DNA from: Coniocarpon cinnabarinum | Taxonomy: Eukaryota | NCBI GenBank assembly: GCA_051942205.1 | Contig: JAVECO010000025.1 | Span: 62,001-126,000 of the forward strand | Reading direction: 5' to 3' | Length of the DNA stretch: 64,000 bases | Part shown: positions 21,746-34,260 of the stretch, piece by piece | How positions within the stretch are numbered: the stretch's first letter is position 1 | How the letters are laid out: every line of letters starts with the position of its first letter | Made by a program: the position numbers and the translations under genes | Notes under the pieces: model-generated | The model's input: the letters and a program-made list of their open reading frames with translations, nothing else | Databases searched by the model: none | What the model was told of the DNA's origin: nothing

Positions 21746-22573
21746 TTAGCCACGTCTCAAATGCGAGTAATCTTTGAGCACATGCGCCATATGGGTATTC
21801 GTCGTCTTCCCGCCACTCCTTGGCATTTTCTTCTTCTTCTTGCCCTCCCCAGGTCCGGTCATCACCTTCTTGACCTGACTGGTGGGAGTGAGCCCGAATG
21901 CTAGTAGTTCATTCCGCAAAGCTTCCGCCGAGCCCGGCGCTTGTACATCGTGCCACAGATTCTTGAAGTCGTTGTCCACTTCATGTATCAACGTCGGGTC
22001 ATTCGGCCACACCATCTTCGGGCTGTTGTCTTTCTTGTTCCGCGTGACCAAGAGCTTGCCTTCCTTCTCCAGCGTCTCAATTGTGTCGAGTGCTCCAGAC
22101 CAACCGTCCTTCAGCTGGCTCACCCGGATCCCCTGGGCTGTCGTCTGGCTCTGCAAAAATGCCAGCAACTGATCCGCGCTCGTCACACCTAATGGCGGCC
22201 GATACCGATAGCTCCCTTTGCCGTCTAGACCCTGCGCATCGTACTCGATCTTACTATGCCGCTTGAAAATGGTTCGTAGCTGCCGAGTCACGTCCGGGTT
22301 AAAGACGTTCAAGAAGCCAATCAGGTCCTCAGCGCTGACCGCTTGGCCTTCTTTCTCACGGAGGTGGTCAATGGCATATGTGACGTTGGTGGCAACTTCG
22401 TGTGCGTCGCCGTTCTCAGCGGACTGCGCCCACACCGTTGCAGCAGGCGGGGCGGATGATGTGGGTTTCTTGCGCTTGGTGGGGTCTTGCGAGTTAGGAG
22501 TAGCTGTGCGAGAAGGAGAGATGGGGGATGGTCGGCCATTGGTAGTGGTGATTTGGGCGCTGAGGGATGACAT
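21746..22573 (-). CDS. TFA2: Transcription initiation factor TFIIE beta subunit
   Basis: Tandem winged-helix-like segments (YRYRP..LLAFLQSQTTAQGIRVSQLKDGW..LEKEGKLLVTRNKKD..VW) and C-terminal KTTNTHM..LKDYS. Confidence 0.9.
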   Translation of the reverse strand: MSSLSAQITTTNGRPSPISPSRTATPNSQDPTKRKKPTSSAPPAATVWAQSAENGDAHEVATNVTYAIDHLREKEGQAVSAEDLIGFLNVFNPDVTRQLRTIFKRHSKIEYDAQGLDGKGSYRYRPPLGVTSADQLLAFLQSQTTAQGIRVSQLKDGWSGALDTIETLEKEGKLLVTRNKKDNSPKMVWPNDPTLIHEVDNDFKNLWHDVQAPGSAEALRNELLAFGLTPTSQVKKVMTGPGEGKKKKKMPRSGGKTTNTHMAHVLKDYSHLRRG

Positions 22574-23224
22574 GGCGCAGGCGTCACCGAGCCCACCAAC
22601 GGGTGGACCTGGCTGATCGTCTGCCCCAAACTGAAATTGCGCTCACTCTGTTACCGTCAAAGCGAACGCTGAAATCGACAAATGCCAATGCTGCTGTTAA
22701 TGGCCAGCAAGCTGCGGTTGGAGAGTGGTGAGAGTGAGGTGAAGTGAGGGCTGGATAGAGTACCTGTGACACTTCATGCAAGCGGTGTGGTCCGTGCTTT
22801 CGACGTCAATTGCGGCGATTGTTTCGAATGTTGCAAGTCCATTCTCTCCACACGTTGCCCTCCTCCTCCACCTTCTGCAAATACAGTCGCCTTTACTCCT
22901 CTGCGAAAGTACAACGCTGACTTTCCCGAACTCTGACCAAAGCTTCACTTCACAGCTTCTTCACAGGCGCATTTGCGACGCGATCCAGTCGCGTCTTTTC
23001 ACATCAAATCTCGACCATCCTGTGACGATATAATTTAAGACGCATTCTCTCTTCACCATATTATCTGCGTCGATACATCAACGATAACGCATTTCGCCTT
23101 CCCACCACTCACCAACCTTTGATGCGTTCACCGACTTGTCACCGTTGATCACGTTCTCCCCCGGGCGGTGGCCACTTCCACCGCCCTGGCATTCTTGGAA
23201 CCGTAGTCACCAGTCACTATAACA

Positions 23225-26200
23225 ATGGCAGCCGCTGTAGATACTGCCTACCTTGCTTCATACTGCTCGATACCCGAGTCAAGCATCCAGACTCTAGTCT
23301 CGGAGCCAACGCCCGATCTCCTGACGACCTTCCTTCAAACGCTGGTTATTAGGGCGCAGGAACATGAAGCTCTTAAGTCTGAGCATCTCAGAAGAGATGT
23401 CGAACTAGAAAACGCTGTTCGCGGTGGTGAAGCCAAAGCGCGTGTGCTGAAGGCTAATGCGGACAAAGCTCAAGAGCACGTGGAAACACTCAGAAAACAG
23501 CTCGATGAACAAGGTATGCTCAAACCATGTCATAATGCAATATCAAGGTCGCTAAAAAGTCAACAGAGACGTCTCAATCGCGCCTGCAGAGAGAATTTGA
23601 CGACTTCCGCAACTCCAATTCTGCTTCATCTGAAGAAGCTGGAGGTCTCCGAGCCCAAGTTTCACGCTTGGAAGCTTCAAAGCGCGACACGCTCTCTCTG
23701 CTCGATGCGAAGACGACCGCTTATGACAATCTTGCGAGAGATCTTTCGCAGTCACAACAAAAAGCCATTGATCTTCGACGACAAGTTACGGATCTTGAGG
23801 AGAAACAGCAACAGACCAACAATGCTGTGAATAGTGCGAAGTTCAAAGAGTCTGCCTTGCAACAAGAGGTTGATCTACTGAAGCGGAACAACGAATGGCT
23901 TGATAACGAGCTCAAAAGCAAGACCAATGAATTCTCAAAGTTTCGCAAAGACCGGAGCGCTCGTGTCTCCGAATTGCAGCGGGCCAATGAAGAAGCAAAT
24001 ACTACTATCGCTTCTTTGCGCAGGACTGAAGGTCAACTTCGCGGTCGTATCGGTGAGCTGGAGCGCAAATCAGAAGAGCACCTTCTGAGAATTCAACGTC
24101 TTCAGGAAGAGAAGGTACGCGCCGATGAGGGCTTTCGTGCGGAATTAGATGGAGCTCGACGCCTCGCACAACTTCAGGAACAAAGCGCGCTGACTGCTCG
24201 AAGACGCGTGGAGGAGCTGGATGAAGAGCTCGAGGGCACGAGACAAGGAGCCTCTGAGGAAATCAGTGCTATCCAGTCTGAACTTGAAACCGAGAGGCAA
24301 GCAAAAGAAGCGGCCGAGCAGAAGGTAGAAGATCTCGAGGCGCAAGTCGAAGGTCTTCAAACCGTTGCCGCTCAGCCGCAAACCGATGAGCGACAGCCCA
24401 TGACCCCTCGGCGCGGCCTCGAAACTCCTAAGCCATTTGGTAGCTCGGTGCGACCTGCTTCGCCCGCTCTAGGAACTCCTAACTCTAGAATGCGCAGTAG
24501 CACATCAATGACTCAACTGGTCTCGGATCTCAACAAAACCAAAGCTGAGCTCGAGGAGGAGCGGAGGCGCAACACGCGGCTGAATGCGACGTTTGAAGAG
24601 ATGATGGCTGATCTGGAAGCTAAGGCCCCAGAACTTCAAGATTTGAATGAAGACAAGGCACGCCTCGAAGCGGACATTAGCTCGATTTCATCGTCTTTGA
24701 ACCACACGCAACAAGATCGCGATGCCTACAAGAAAGACAGTCGAAAGTTCGAGAGTCAAGTGCATGGACTCGTGCGGGAAGCGGATCTGTTGCGGCAGCA
24801 GCTTCGCGATCTCAGCTTACAAGTGAAGGTACTCACTGTTGAAGTGCAAATCCGAAGCGATGGCTTGGAGTTAAGCAATGCGGAACGTCAAGCCCTGCAA
24901 CGTGCCGCGAGTGGAGAATCTGACGAGCGTGTGCTTGAGGGTATGACTGACACCGGTCGATTCATCAGTCAACATCTTGCCACATTCCGGAATATTTTTG
25001 AACTGCAAGATCAAAATGCTAAGCTCTTACACTTGACTCGACAGCTAGGAGAACAAATGGAAGGCGAAGAAGCCAAAGCTAAGAAAAACCTGCAGGATCA
25101 AAAGGATGAAGAGCTTAACGCTATGCGCTCCAAAGTCGACGAGTATCGGCACCAGTTGGGAGAACTTAAGAAACAAACTACCAGCTTTATGAAGGAGCGC
25201 GACACGTATCGGAGAATGTGCGCTCATCGAGGTCAGATCCCTGGAGATGCTGATCTGGACACGATGTTTGGCGAAACCATCAACGGCATCTCCACTCCTT
25301 CAAAAAATCAACAGAATGGCGAAGTCAATGGCAACGCCGCCTCACATGACCTCGCACAAGAGTCACGTCTACTCAAGGAAATGCAACTTCATTTTGATGC
25401 ATATAAGCGTGAAGCGGCAACAGATCATCAAACACTGAGAGGTCAGGTCGATGGCTTGGCTCGAGATAAGGGCTCTTTGCAGGGCGACCTTGCGCGAGCT
25501 AAGAGTCAAATCTCCATGGCTCAAGAACGCTACGAGATGCTCCAGGCCAATTACAACATGCTCCGAAGCGAGTGCGAAGAACTTCAGAAAAGATCGCAAT
25601 CCTACGCTGAAACTGCAGCTAAGCAAGACGCTCGAACCCAGCAAGCGCTGGAAGATTTGGTGCAGCAACGAGAACTTGAGAATGGTCTGCGTGGCGAGAA
25701 CGCAAATTTGAAGGCCGAGCGTGATCTCTCTAAACGAATGCAGGACCGCTTGGACGAGGAAAACAAATCTCTCTACACGGAGCGAGATCGCCTCAACAAC
25801 CTAATCGCCAACACTCAAAAGTTGTCAAGCGAACGAGAAGCGTCATATGAAGATCAGAGACGTCGCTTGCAAGGTCAGGTTGACGCTCTTGAAGCAGAGA
25901 ATCGCGTGGTGAAGCAAAAGCTCGATGAGGAACTTGACTCTAGCAAAAACGCCTCGTTACGACGCGAATATGACACTGAGCAGAATCAAATCCGTATTGA
26001 CGACCTCATGAAGAGCTTGTCAGCCACAAAGGAAGAGCTCACAGCAGCCAAGACAGTACGAGATCAACTGCAGGCGCGCGTGGAAGAGTTGAAGATTGAG
26101 CTACGTAACGCTCAAGAACATGCTCAAGCACTCCAGCCAAGACCCACCGCCAGACCTGGCACTGCAGCGACCTCTTCAGATGAGGCGTCACTGAATCGCG

Positions 26201-29200
26201 AGCAAGAACTTTCAATCGAGGTCGCTGATTTGAGGCGTGAGCTTGAACTGATCAAGACCGAACACGAATCGGCAAAGGAGCAAGTTGAGCAGTACAAAGG
26301 CATTAGTGCATCATCTGAAGAAGCTCTTAGTAACCTTGAGAGCACCTTCGAAGAATATAGAGATGATGCTGACAAAACTGCTGAGGAAAAGGATGCTTCT
26401 ATCAAAGACCTTGAGCAACGGCGTGATGAGATTCTGAACGAGCTTTCCGTAACAAATACTCAGCTCACTGAGCTTCGCACAACGTCTGACAATCACCAGG
26501 TCGAGCTTGATCGACAGAAGGCAGATTACGAAGCTCAGCTCGCTCGACTGACAGATGAGAGCGATCGATATAAAGCTACAGCTGAGCTGCGTCTAGAAGA
26601 TGTGAAAGAACAAGCTGCTATTGCACAGCGTGCACAGCAGAACTATGAAGCAGAGTTGATCAAGCACGGTGATGCAGCCAAGAAGCTTCAAGATGTCCGG
26701 ACCGAGCTCAATGAAGTCAAACTGCAGGTCGCGTCGGCAAGATCGGATGCGGAGACGGCACGCGCTCAGCTGACTCAGGGTGAGGAAAGCTGGACATCAT
26801 CACGGGAAGCGCTGGAGACTGAGGTTTCTGAATTGAAACGTCGCAAAGATGACGCGGACCGTCAAAACAATCTCTTGCACCAGCAGCTCGAAAACGTCAA
26901 TACCCAGATCTCTGAGCTCCAACAGCAACGCCAATCGAGCCATCGTGCCGAGGATGACGACGAAACCGCCGAGCCGGATTCTCAAAAGTACTCTGAGATT
27001 ATCAAGTACCTTCGTCGTGAAAAGGAAATTGTCGATGTGCAGTATGAGCTTTCGCTGCAAGAGGCGCGACGATTTAAGCAGCAGCTTGAACACAGCGAAT
27101 CCGAACTCAACGATGCACGCTTGCGACTTGAGCAGGAGAGACAGCGTCAACAAAGTCAACAAAGTTACAACAAGCTCGCGGAGACGATCAATCAGTTAAA
27201 TGTATTCCGCGAAAGTAACGAAACGCTCCGCAGCGAGTCTCGTCAGGCCCAGGCGCAACTCGTTGAGAAAGTCAAACAAATCGACGAGCTCACTGCGCAG
27301 ATTGAGCCCCTGCGAGCTTCGGTCACTGAATATGAAAATAATCACGAGATCGCTCAGGGCGAATTGAAGCTTCTCCAGGAAGACCGTGATCGTTGGCAGA
27401 AACGCACGCAGGACATTATGTCTAAATACGACCGGGTCGATCCCGCTGAGATGCAAGAGCTCCGAGACAAACTTGCAGCGCTTGAGCAAGAGAAAATACA
27501 AGCCTTGACCGACAAGGACGCCCTCCAGACCAGGATTGACGGATTCGAATCAGAGCTTGAGCAAGCCAAGGAACAGGCCAGAGAGCAATCCAAGAAGGAG
27601 ACCATTCAAAAAGCAAGGGATCAATTTCTATCAAAGTTCAAGGACACCAATGAGAAGCTCAAAAGTGCGTTGTCTGAGAAGCAGAGCATTCAGGAGCGAC
27701 TTGATCAAACACAGACGGAGCTCGACCATGTTCGAGAGGACCTCACACAAGTCCGCAATGCTCCAGCCGCAACTCAAGACGAAACGGCTACTGCGACGGA
27801 GCTGCCGCAAAGCTCTACGCCGTCTGATGTACCTACTCAGACTGCGGCAACTCAGACCTCAACTCCCCCAAGCTCAGTCCATACCCAGGAAAATGCTGCT
27901 GTTGCCACACAAGAGGCTGAAGAAGGCGAGGTGGACGAAGATTCGCCCGCAAAATTGGAGGAAGCCTTACACCAAGCACAACAAGAGTCTGAGAGGGCAA
28001 GCGGTCTCGAAAAAACCGTGAATGACCTGGAAGATCAGGTCCAGACTCTGGAATCTCAAATCGAGGAACTCAAGCAGCAATTGGAAAGCCAGAGAATGGA
28101 GATGGAAAATCTACGAACTAGCGCCTCCGAGACAGCTCCTGCCTCCGAAACCACGCCTAATGAACACATGCAAAAGCTTCAGGATGACCTCGCTGCCGCA
28201 CAAACGGAGCTGGAAGCTCTTCGGCAAGATGCACCGGCAGAGACGACAGTGCCCGGGACTGATAGCTCTCATCTATCAGAGTTACAGACACGGCTCGAGT
28301 CGGAGTACAAACAAAAAGCTGAAGAGTTGGAAGCTAGTTTCCAAAAGCGTATTAGTAACATGCGAGAACAGCTTAATACAAAACTCCGCGAAGGCCGAGA
28401 GAAGAACAAGGAAGAAGCGAGACAAGCCATCAAAGCCGAGCACGAGGCGGAGCTTGCAAAGTTGAATCAAGCGCATGACGCAGTCATAGCTGACCTCAAG
28501 GCTCAGCATGCAAGTGCTCTGCAGGCTCGACCAGAACCTGATGGTGATCAAGGCAAGGCGGCGACTCCACTGGCCAATGGCGAAGCCGATCCAAGTCGGT
28601 TCCCCAGCGAGCCTGCTGACGTAAAGAGTTTCGTCGCCAACAATCCTACTGTTAGGGGCATGATCTCACGCACAGTCGACACACGCATCAAGCCAGAACG
28701 CGAAGCTATGCAACAAAAGATTCAAGAATTGGAAGCGAAGCACCAAAGTGATATTGCTGAGCTGGATGCTGCTCACGCTGCCAAGATCAAGGAGCTCGAA
28801 GACAATACTGAGAAAGCAAGAATGGCCGCTACGAATTTGGCTGAGAAAAAGTCCGCCGTGAAACTCAACATGGCGATTAAGCATCGTGACGAGGCTAAAG
28901 CAAAGATTGAACTTGTGCAAAAAGCAGCTGCTGAGACGCCAGCGAAGGCTGTCAGTGAAGTCTGGGACATTGCCAAAAACACTAAAGCCACCGCGGTCCC
29001 ATCCGCAAGGCAGCCTCAGACTCTTGCCACACCTGCCCCATCCGTTGGCAGTCTTGTAACACAGTCTCAAACGACACAGCCGGTGCTGAACACAGAAGAC
29101 GCTCCGGCTACTGCACACGATGCCTCTACCGCCGATGCTGACGTAACACTACCTTCGCAGGCTGTAACACAACCGCAGCAGCAGTCGAGCGTACCAGCGA

Positions 29201-29631
29201 CTCCGGCTCCGGTGTCTACACAAGCGCCATTGCAGCAGCAGCAGCAACAACAAACTGGCGGCTCAGCAATTCCCCGCCCGGGCAGTGCTATGGGTATCCG
29301 AGGCCAGCCGCGTCGACTCAGCAACGCTTCCCAGACACACGCCCAACAGCAACAGTCGACACAGTCTCGCCCGGCATCATCGGATAGCAAAGATGCAACC
29401 TCTCGAAAGCTGCCAGACGTCCCTCTGACTTCGGGCATTGCGCGAGGCACCGGCATACCCCGTGGAGGGAGCATCAGAGGTCGTGGCGGTGCAGTAGCAG
29501 GACGAGGAGCCATGAACCCGGGTGCGGGAAATTTCGTTCCTGGGCAAACTGCCGGCCAGAAGAGAGGGTTTGAGGGAGAACAAGGAAGAGGCGGTGGAGA
29601 AAAGAAGGTCAGGGGAGGACGGGGAGGATAA
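23225..29631 (+). CDS. MLP1: Nuclear basket coiled-coil protein Mlp1/TPR, 2 exons (intron 23514-23566)
   Basis: About 2100-aa coiled coil with TPR/Mlp motifs FRNIFELQDQN, AQQNYEAELIKHG, IIKYLRREKEIVD, LNVFRESNETLR and DRWQKRTQDIMSKY, ending in a G/R-rich tail. A GTATGC..CAG intron links the two ORFs in frame. Confidence 0.9.
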
Positions 29632-30408
29632 GAGGCGATTGCGAGAAGACGGTGATCGGAGCCATACCTTGGGGCACCGCGAGGCTGCGAACCAGAAGTC
29701 ATCAAATCAGTGTATACGAAGGTGGTTATTCGTGCCAGCGTTAGCGAGGCGCAAAGGTTGTGTTTAAGCTAATGAACGGACCAGAGCAATCTGGGCAGAC
29801 CTCCAAATCCCGCGATGACTCTTTGGCCAAATATGATGTGATGGTGCTGGGCACGACGTTCTATCCATGGGTATTGTGGGAGCTTGCGTAACTAAGAATT
29901 GACAATTGAAGTGATGAAGCTTGAGTGACTGCATGACTCGCGGGGGCAATATATGGCGATACGACAGCGCTCACTGATAGCCGCATCCGGAAATGGCTGG
30001 TGGTGATGATTGGCCACCCTGGGAGCTTCAACTTCAACTTCTCTCGCACGCTTCAGCTCGTTTCCCCCCCATTTTGATACGCGTTCTTCCTGCACAGCAA
30101 CTCCCACCACGCGACTCTACAGTCTACGCCGAAAGGGCTCTTTACTTGAGCTTGTATACCCAACCCTCGTCGAATTTGCGTGTATCAATGAGCCAAGACC
30201 CGGGCTCAATTCGCGCCGGCACCTGGGTCTGACCAGGACTGCAGCGGCAACAGGCTGAGCGATGTCTTGTTCACATGAAAAGTAGAGCTTCTCGACCACC
30301 TCCTCCATTCCCGCCAGCATATTCACCCCAGCCACTCGTAGCAGAGCCTGCAACTTTGCTTCGAGCATGCTATCAACACCTACTCTTGCCTTTCCCCGCG
30401 CCTGAACC

Positions 30409-33400
30409 ATGGCTCCCTCCATCATCTCTCATTTTCGGCCTCATCGTCGAGTAGGCTCCACTCCGACATCTCCTCGGCCACCCCTACAGCCATTGCCAAC
30501 CAGCTCTCCCAATCTTTCCGCCTTCCAAGCTACCAGCAGCTCGCCCACATCACCAGCACCACAATCAACCTTCAGTGCTTCTACGCGACCGCCCATACTT
30601 CCACCCATCACTCGCGTTACATCACACACAGAGTTGCGGAAACGTAGTCATGAATACGATGAGCCCACTTTGGAAACTGAAAGCCCGCATCAGTCGACAG
30701 AATTTCATGACGCCAGCTCACCCGCCCCGAAACCTTTCACTTCATTCGTACTGCCCCCAATCCAGCGCGTTGCCTCACACGATGACACAGTGCTTCCCGA
30801 TACGACGACATCAGCTCTAGCGGGTGTTGATGCCACAGACGACCCGGCGCTTCCATCACAGTCAAGCCCAGTGGAAAGGTCCTCGCGACTCTCAACCACA
30901 CCCACGGCGACAAGGGCGAGTTTTGCTGACTTTGGCCGCACTGTCACAGCACCAGCTTTGATGGGCTCGCCGGAGATCGGCAAACCTCCACAGACCCCTT
31001 CAAACAGCAGTCAGACGCAATCTGGTCGCGACGCTTCTCGTCTTCATCCGCAATCCTATTACACCCATTCCCCTGCTTCTAGTGTTTCATCCTTTCATAA
31101 AACGGCTTCTTCGACAAACCTTGCTGTGGAATCTTCACCGGCGTCTTCGAGATCTGCGCAAGGCTCTAGCGACAAGCCTTCTACGTCTGGTCACCGAATG
31201 TCTCGAGCTAAGCTCAACCTCTTGAATCCTGTTTCCCTGCTCAAACGACGACGAACGTCACAGATGCCAGACAGTGCCACAGAGAACAACATGATTCCAG
31301 TGAGGAGGACGGGTCTACCAGGGCTGGGGTTGCCAGCAGACTATGATCCACGTATTAAAGGCAAAGGCGTCCACAATTTTGACGACGGTCCACGGCCACG
31401 AAGGAATTACTCTACCAACGACATGGCGGGCATGTCTGCAGGAGTCGAGGGCGACGACACGAATGCCAGCAGAAGGAGGAGTTCCATTCCCGCCTTGGAT
31501 CCTTTGGTTTTGCATGACGACTCCACACCTGGGCCAGAAAGGGAGCATACTCCAGTCTTTGTGGAAAACTTCGAAGAAACAAGAACAGAGAGAAATGAGG
31601 ACGGTGTCGCCGCTGTGCATCGAGAGTCTTTAGCAAATTCCAAGTTCCTCGCGCGAATGTCGAAGCAGTTCAATCTTGACACCATCGACTTCGCCGAGCC
31701 ACGACAATCTTCCACGAGACCGTCTTCAGAAGCGTCTGTGACACCTCCAGCTACCTCATGCGCCCCTCTGGCGAGTTCGTCAACGCCTCAACGGCAGTCA
31801 AACACGCCATCTCAGAATCCACGAACCAGCGGGTTCACTGACAACACTTCAGCCCGCGTAAGTTCCGATCAGAGCACAGCACGTAGTTCGATGTCCAATG
31901 AAACTAAGGCGACGTCTCCGCCCCAATCTCCTGGTGCAAATGTATCGCAACGGCCCAGTCGATTACTTGAAGCCCCCACTCTCACTTCGTCTTCGAGCCT
32001 GTCTCATCTTCCAAGCACTGCCAGTCGAGCTTCGCGCTTTAGCTTTCAGTTAAACAGTGCACATTCGATTGAGCAAGAGAAAGCGCTGGAAGAGAAGCAC
32101 AAGGCCAAGCACGCTTCGACAGGTGGAAGTCGAGACTCACGATTCGACGACTTCGATGAGGAGGGCGTCGATTATGATGCGATGGCTGAGGACATGGGGG
32201 GTTACGAGGAAGATATCCCAACCATGGGAGAGGATGACGATTTGAGCGTGTTTGGAGGCGGTCTGGGCAACAAACGTTTATCCTCCTTCAAACCTGTAGA
32301 GCCGGCTCCTGAGATTGATGTCACTCGAGCGTCTTCGCACAGCCAGTATACGGTCGAGTCTGGGAACACGTACGACAAGCTAGACGAGCAACAAGCCGGC
32401 ACGTCAGGTCAAGGTTTGGGTCTGCAGAATGCCGGGCCTTTGAACTCTCAAAATGAGGCTTTCCAAGACCCTCCTTCCGCCTTTGGTGATATGTACTTTG
32501 ATGACGGTATTATCGACAATGCAAGTATCACCGAAGGTGGATCAGGCTTCGATGAAACACTTCTGGATAGCCCCGTGCAGGCTAAACCAGGCGATGCAAG
32601 TGCCGATGTCGACTTTCAGACCCCAAAATACCACCAAGTTGGTGTGACCAACGACGGACAGCCAAATTGGAGCTCGGAACTTCATGGCGATATTAATGAC
32701 GTGAAGCATACAGACGCTGAGGAACAAACTCCGAAGAAGTCCTCGGCTCCACGCCAAAGCCAACAGCTTGGTCTGCATCAACTCCCAGCGATTGACACCG
32801 GACTCAATGCTTACCATAACGCACTGGCTGAGGCTGCTTCCCGGGCAGCACGTGATGGCAAATTTTCAAGACACAGCAGTATTATGACAGCTTCTTCAGT
32901 ATACTCCAACACGCGGTCTCCGCCGGATGCCAACCTCCCTCTTCCTCAAAGCAGAGATGATGACGAGCGTTTGGGGACCAGGCAGGCTTTTGAAGAGATC
33001 GAAGAAGAGGACGACATCATCGTTGCTGAGGCAAATGCTGAAGCTCTGGCTTCTGAAGATTGTGATTTCTATGGTCAAGAGTTTGGTTTCTTCCGTCATC
33101 CCAATTCATCAGGAGATAGTCAGGTCTATAGCGGTGGCTATTTTGGTCAACCAGACCTCCTTGGTGTCTCTATGCGCAATCGAGAGCCGAATTTGACGCC
33201 CATCACTGAACGCAGTGAGTACAGCACTAGAAACTCTGTCATTTGTGGAACGCCATGGGGTCCGCCGAGTGCAGGACCTTGGGGTCCATCTGGATCCGCG
33301 AGCCAGCAAAATCTTTCTAGCCCCGGGCTCAAGGAGATTGCTGCGAGCATGGGAATGGATGACGAAGACATGACACTCAGTCAGCTCTTGCGCCTCAGGA

Positions 33401-34260
33401 AGGAGACTTTTGGCTCAGCAGCTGGCAGCGGTCCTCACAGCACTCACGTCAGCTCAAGCTCAAACGACAGTTCGCCCACAAGTCAACTGAATGCATCGCC
33501 ACTTGCCAACCGAGTACCAGGTCCCAATGGATGGGTTCATCCGTTTGATGTGCATTCTCGGCGACCATCAGAGCCTGAACTACCGCAGGTAGACGAAGAA
33601 GAAATCCCATATGATATCGCGAGTACGCAAGGCGATAGCCCCATCCGAGACAACGTGACTTTGGGAACTGCTCGCGCTATTCTACACAAAACCCGCGCAG
33701 CTCGACAGAAACGACGAGAGTCGGCGGAAGTTTTGGCACAGGAGTATACGGACATCATTCACACAGACAGCAGTCCTGTGCCCCTCATTGCGGAGCCTAT
33801 TCGGCCCACACCGCCTTCATCACCCCTTGAGGCAAGACACCAAGGGCCACGCGGAAACTCATCGTCTCCTACCGTCACGTCACCAGCAGAACGAACGGTC
33901 AACTCGCCCTTCGTCCCTGACCCGGTAGAGACACCCCGTGCTGAGCGGCGGTCTTCACCTATGCATGATGCAGATACGACAGGTGCTCAAGATCTGCCCT
34001 CGCCGCCGACCACTCTCTTACAAAGGTTTGCTCAGAGACCGATGCCGGACGCTTACCGGAAAGCACAGTCACCACCTCTGCTGCATCACCAGCGTCATGG
34101 GAGCAGTGACAGCAGCAAGGCAGGCGCAATGAGTGTCGCGTACGTTTGTGAGGTGGACGATGACGGTGAGGAACAGTGGTTCCTTGAGAAGCGGAGACAA
34201 AAGAGTACAGGTGAATTAGTCGTCGTGAGCAGAGAGCCGGTTGAGAACGGAAAGATATGA
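30409..34260 (+). CDS. Large Ser/Pro-rich, mostly disordered protein of unknown function (1283 aa)
   Basis: Uninterrupted ORF with short high-complexity islands (LNLLNPVSLLKRRR, YDPRIKGKGVHNF, NREPNLTPITERSEYSTRNS, WFLEKRRQKSTGE) in low-complexity sequence. Confidence 0.85.
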   Translation: MAPSIISHFRPHRRVGSTPTSPRPPLQPLPTSSPNLSAFQATSSSPTSPAPQSTFSASTRPPILPPITRVTSHTELRKRSHEYDEPTLETESPHQSTEFHDASSPAPKPFTSFVLPPIQRVASHDDTVLPDTTTSALAGVDATDDPALPSQSSPVERSSRLSTTPTATRASFADFGRTVTAPALMGSPEIGKPPQTPSNSSQTQSGRDASRLHPQSYYTHSPASSVSSFHKTASSTNLAVESSPASSRSAQGSSDKPSTSGHRMSRAKLNLLNPVSLLKRRRTSQMPDSATENNMIPVRRTGLPGLGLPADYDPRIKGKGVHNFDDGPRPRRNYSTNDMAGMSAGVEGDDTNASRRRSSIPALDPLVLHDDSTPGPEREHTPVFVENFEETRTERNEDGVAAVHRESLANSKFLARMSKQFNLDTIDFAEPRQSSTRPSSEASVTPPATSCAPLASSSTPQRQSNTPSQNPRTSGFTDNTSARVSSDQSTARSSMSNETKATSPPQSPGANVSQRPSRLLEAPTLTSSSSLSHLPSTASRASRFSFQLNSAHSIEQEKALEEKHKAKHASTGGSRDSRFDDFDEEGVDYDAMAEDMGGYEEDIPTMGEDDDLSVFGGGLGNKRLSSFKPVEPAPEIDVTRASSHSQYTVESGNTYDKLDEQQAGTSGQGLGLQNAGPLNSQNEAFQDPPSAFGDMYFDDGIIDNASITEGGSGFDETLLDSPVQAKPGDASADVDFQTPKYHQVGVTNDGQPNWSSELHGDINDVKHTDAEEQTPKKSSAPRQSQQLGLHQLPAIDTGLNAYHNALAEAASRAARDGKFSRHSSIMTASSVYSNTRSPPDANLPLPQSRDDDERLGTRQAFEEIEEEDDIIVAEANAEALASEDCDFYGQEFGFFRHPNSSGDSQVYSGGYFGQPDLLGVSMRNREPNLTPITERSEYSTRNSVICGTPWGPPSAGPWGPSGSASQQNLSSPGLKEIAASMGMDDEDMTLSQLLRLRKETFGSAAGSGPHSTHVSSSSNDSSPTSQLNASPLANRVPGPNGWVHPFDVHSRRPSEPELPQVDEEEIPYDIASTQGDSPIRDNVTLGTARAILHKTRAARQKRRESAEVLAQEYTDIIHTDSSPVPLIAEPIRPTPPSSPLEARHQGPRGNSSSPTVTSPAERTVNSPFVPDPVETPRAERRSSPMHDADTTGAQDLPSPPTTLLQRFAQRPMPDAYRKAQSPPLLHHQRHGSSDSSKAGAMSVAYVCEVDDDGEEQWFLEKRRQKSTGELVVVSREPVENGKI

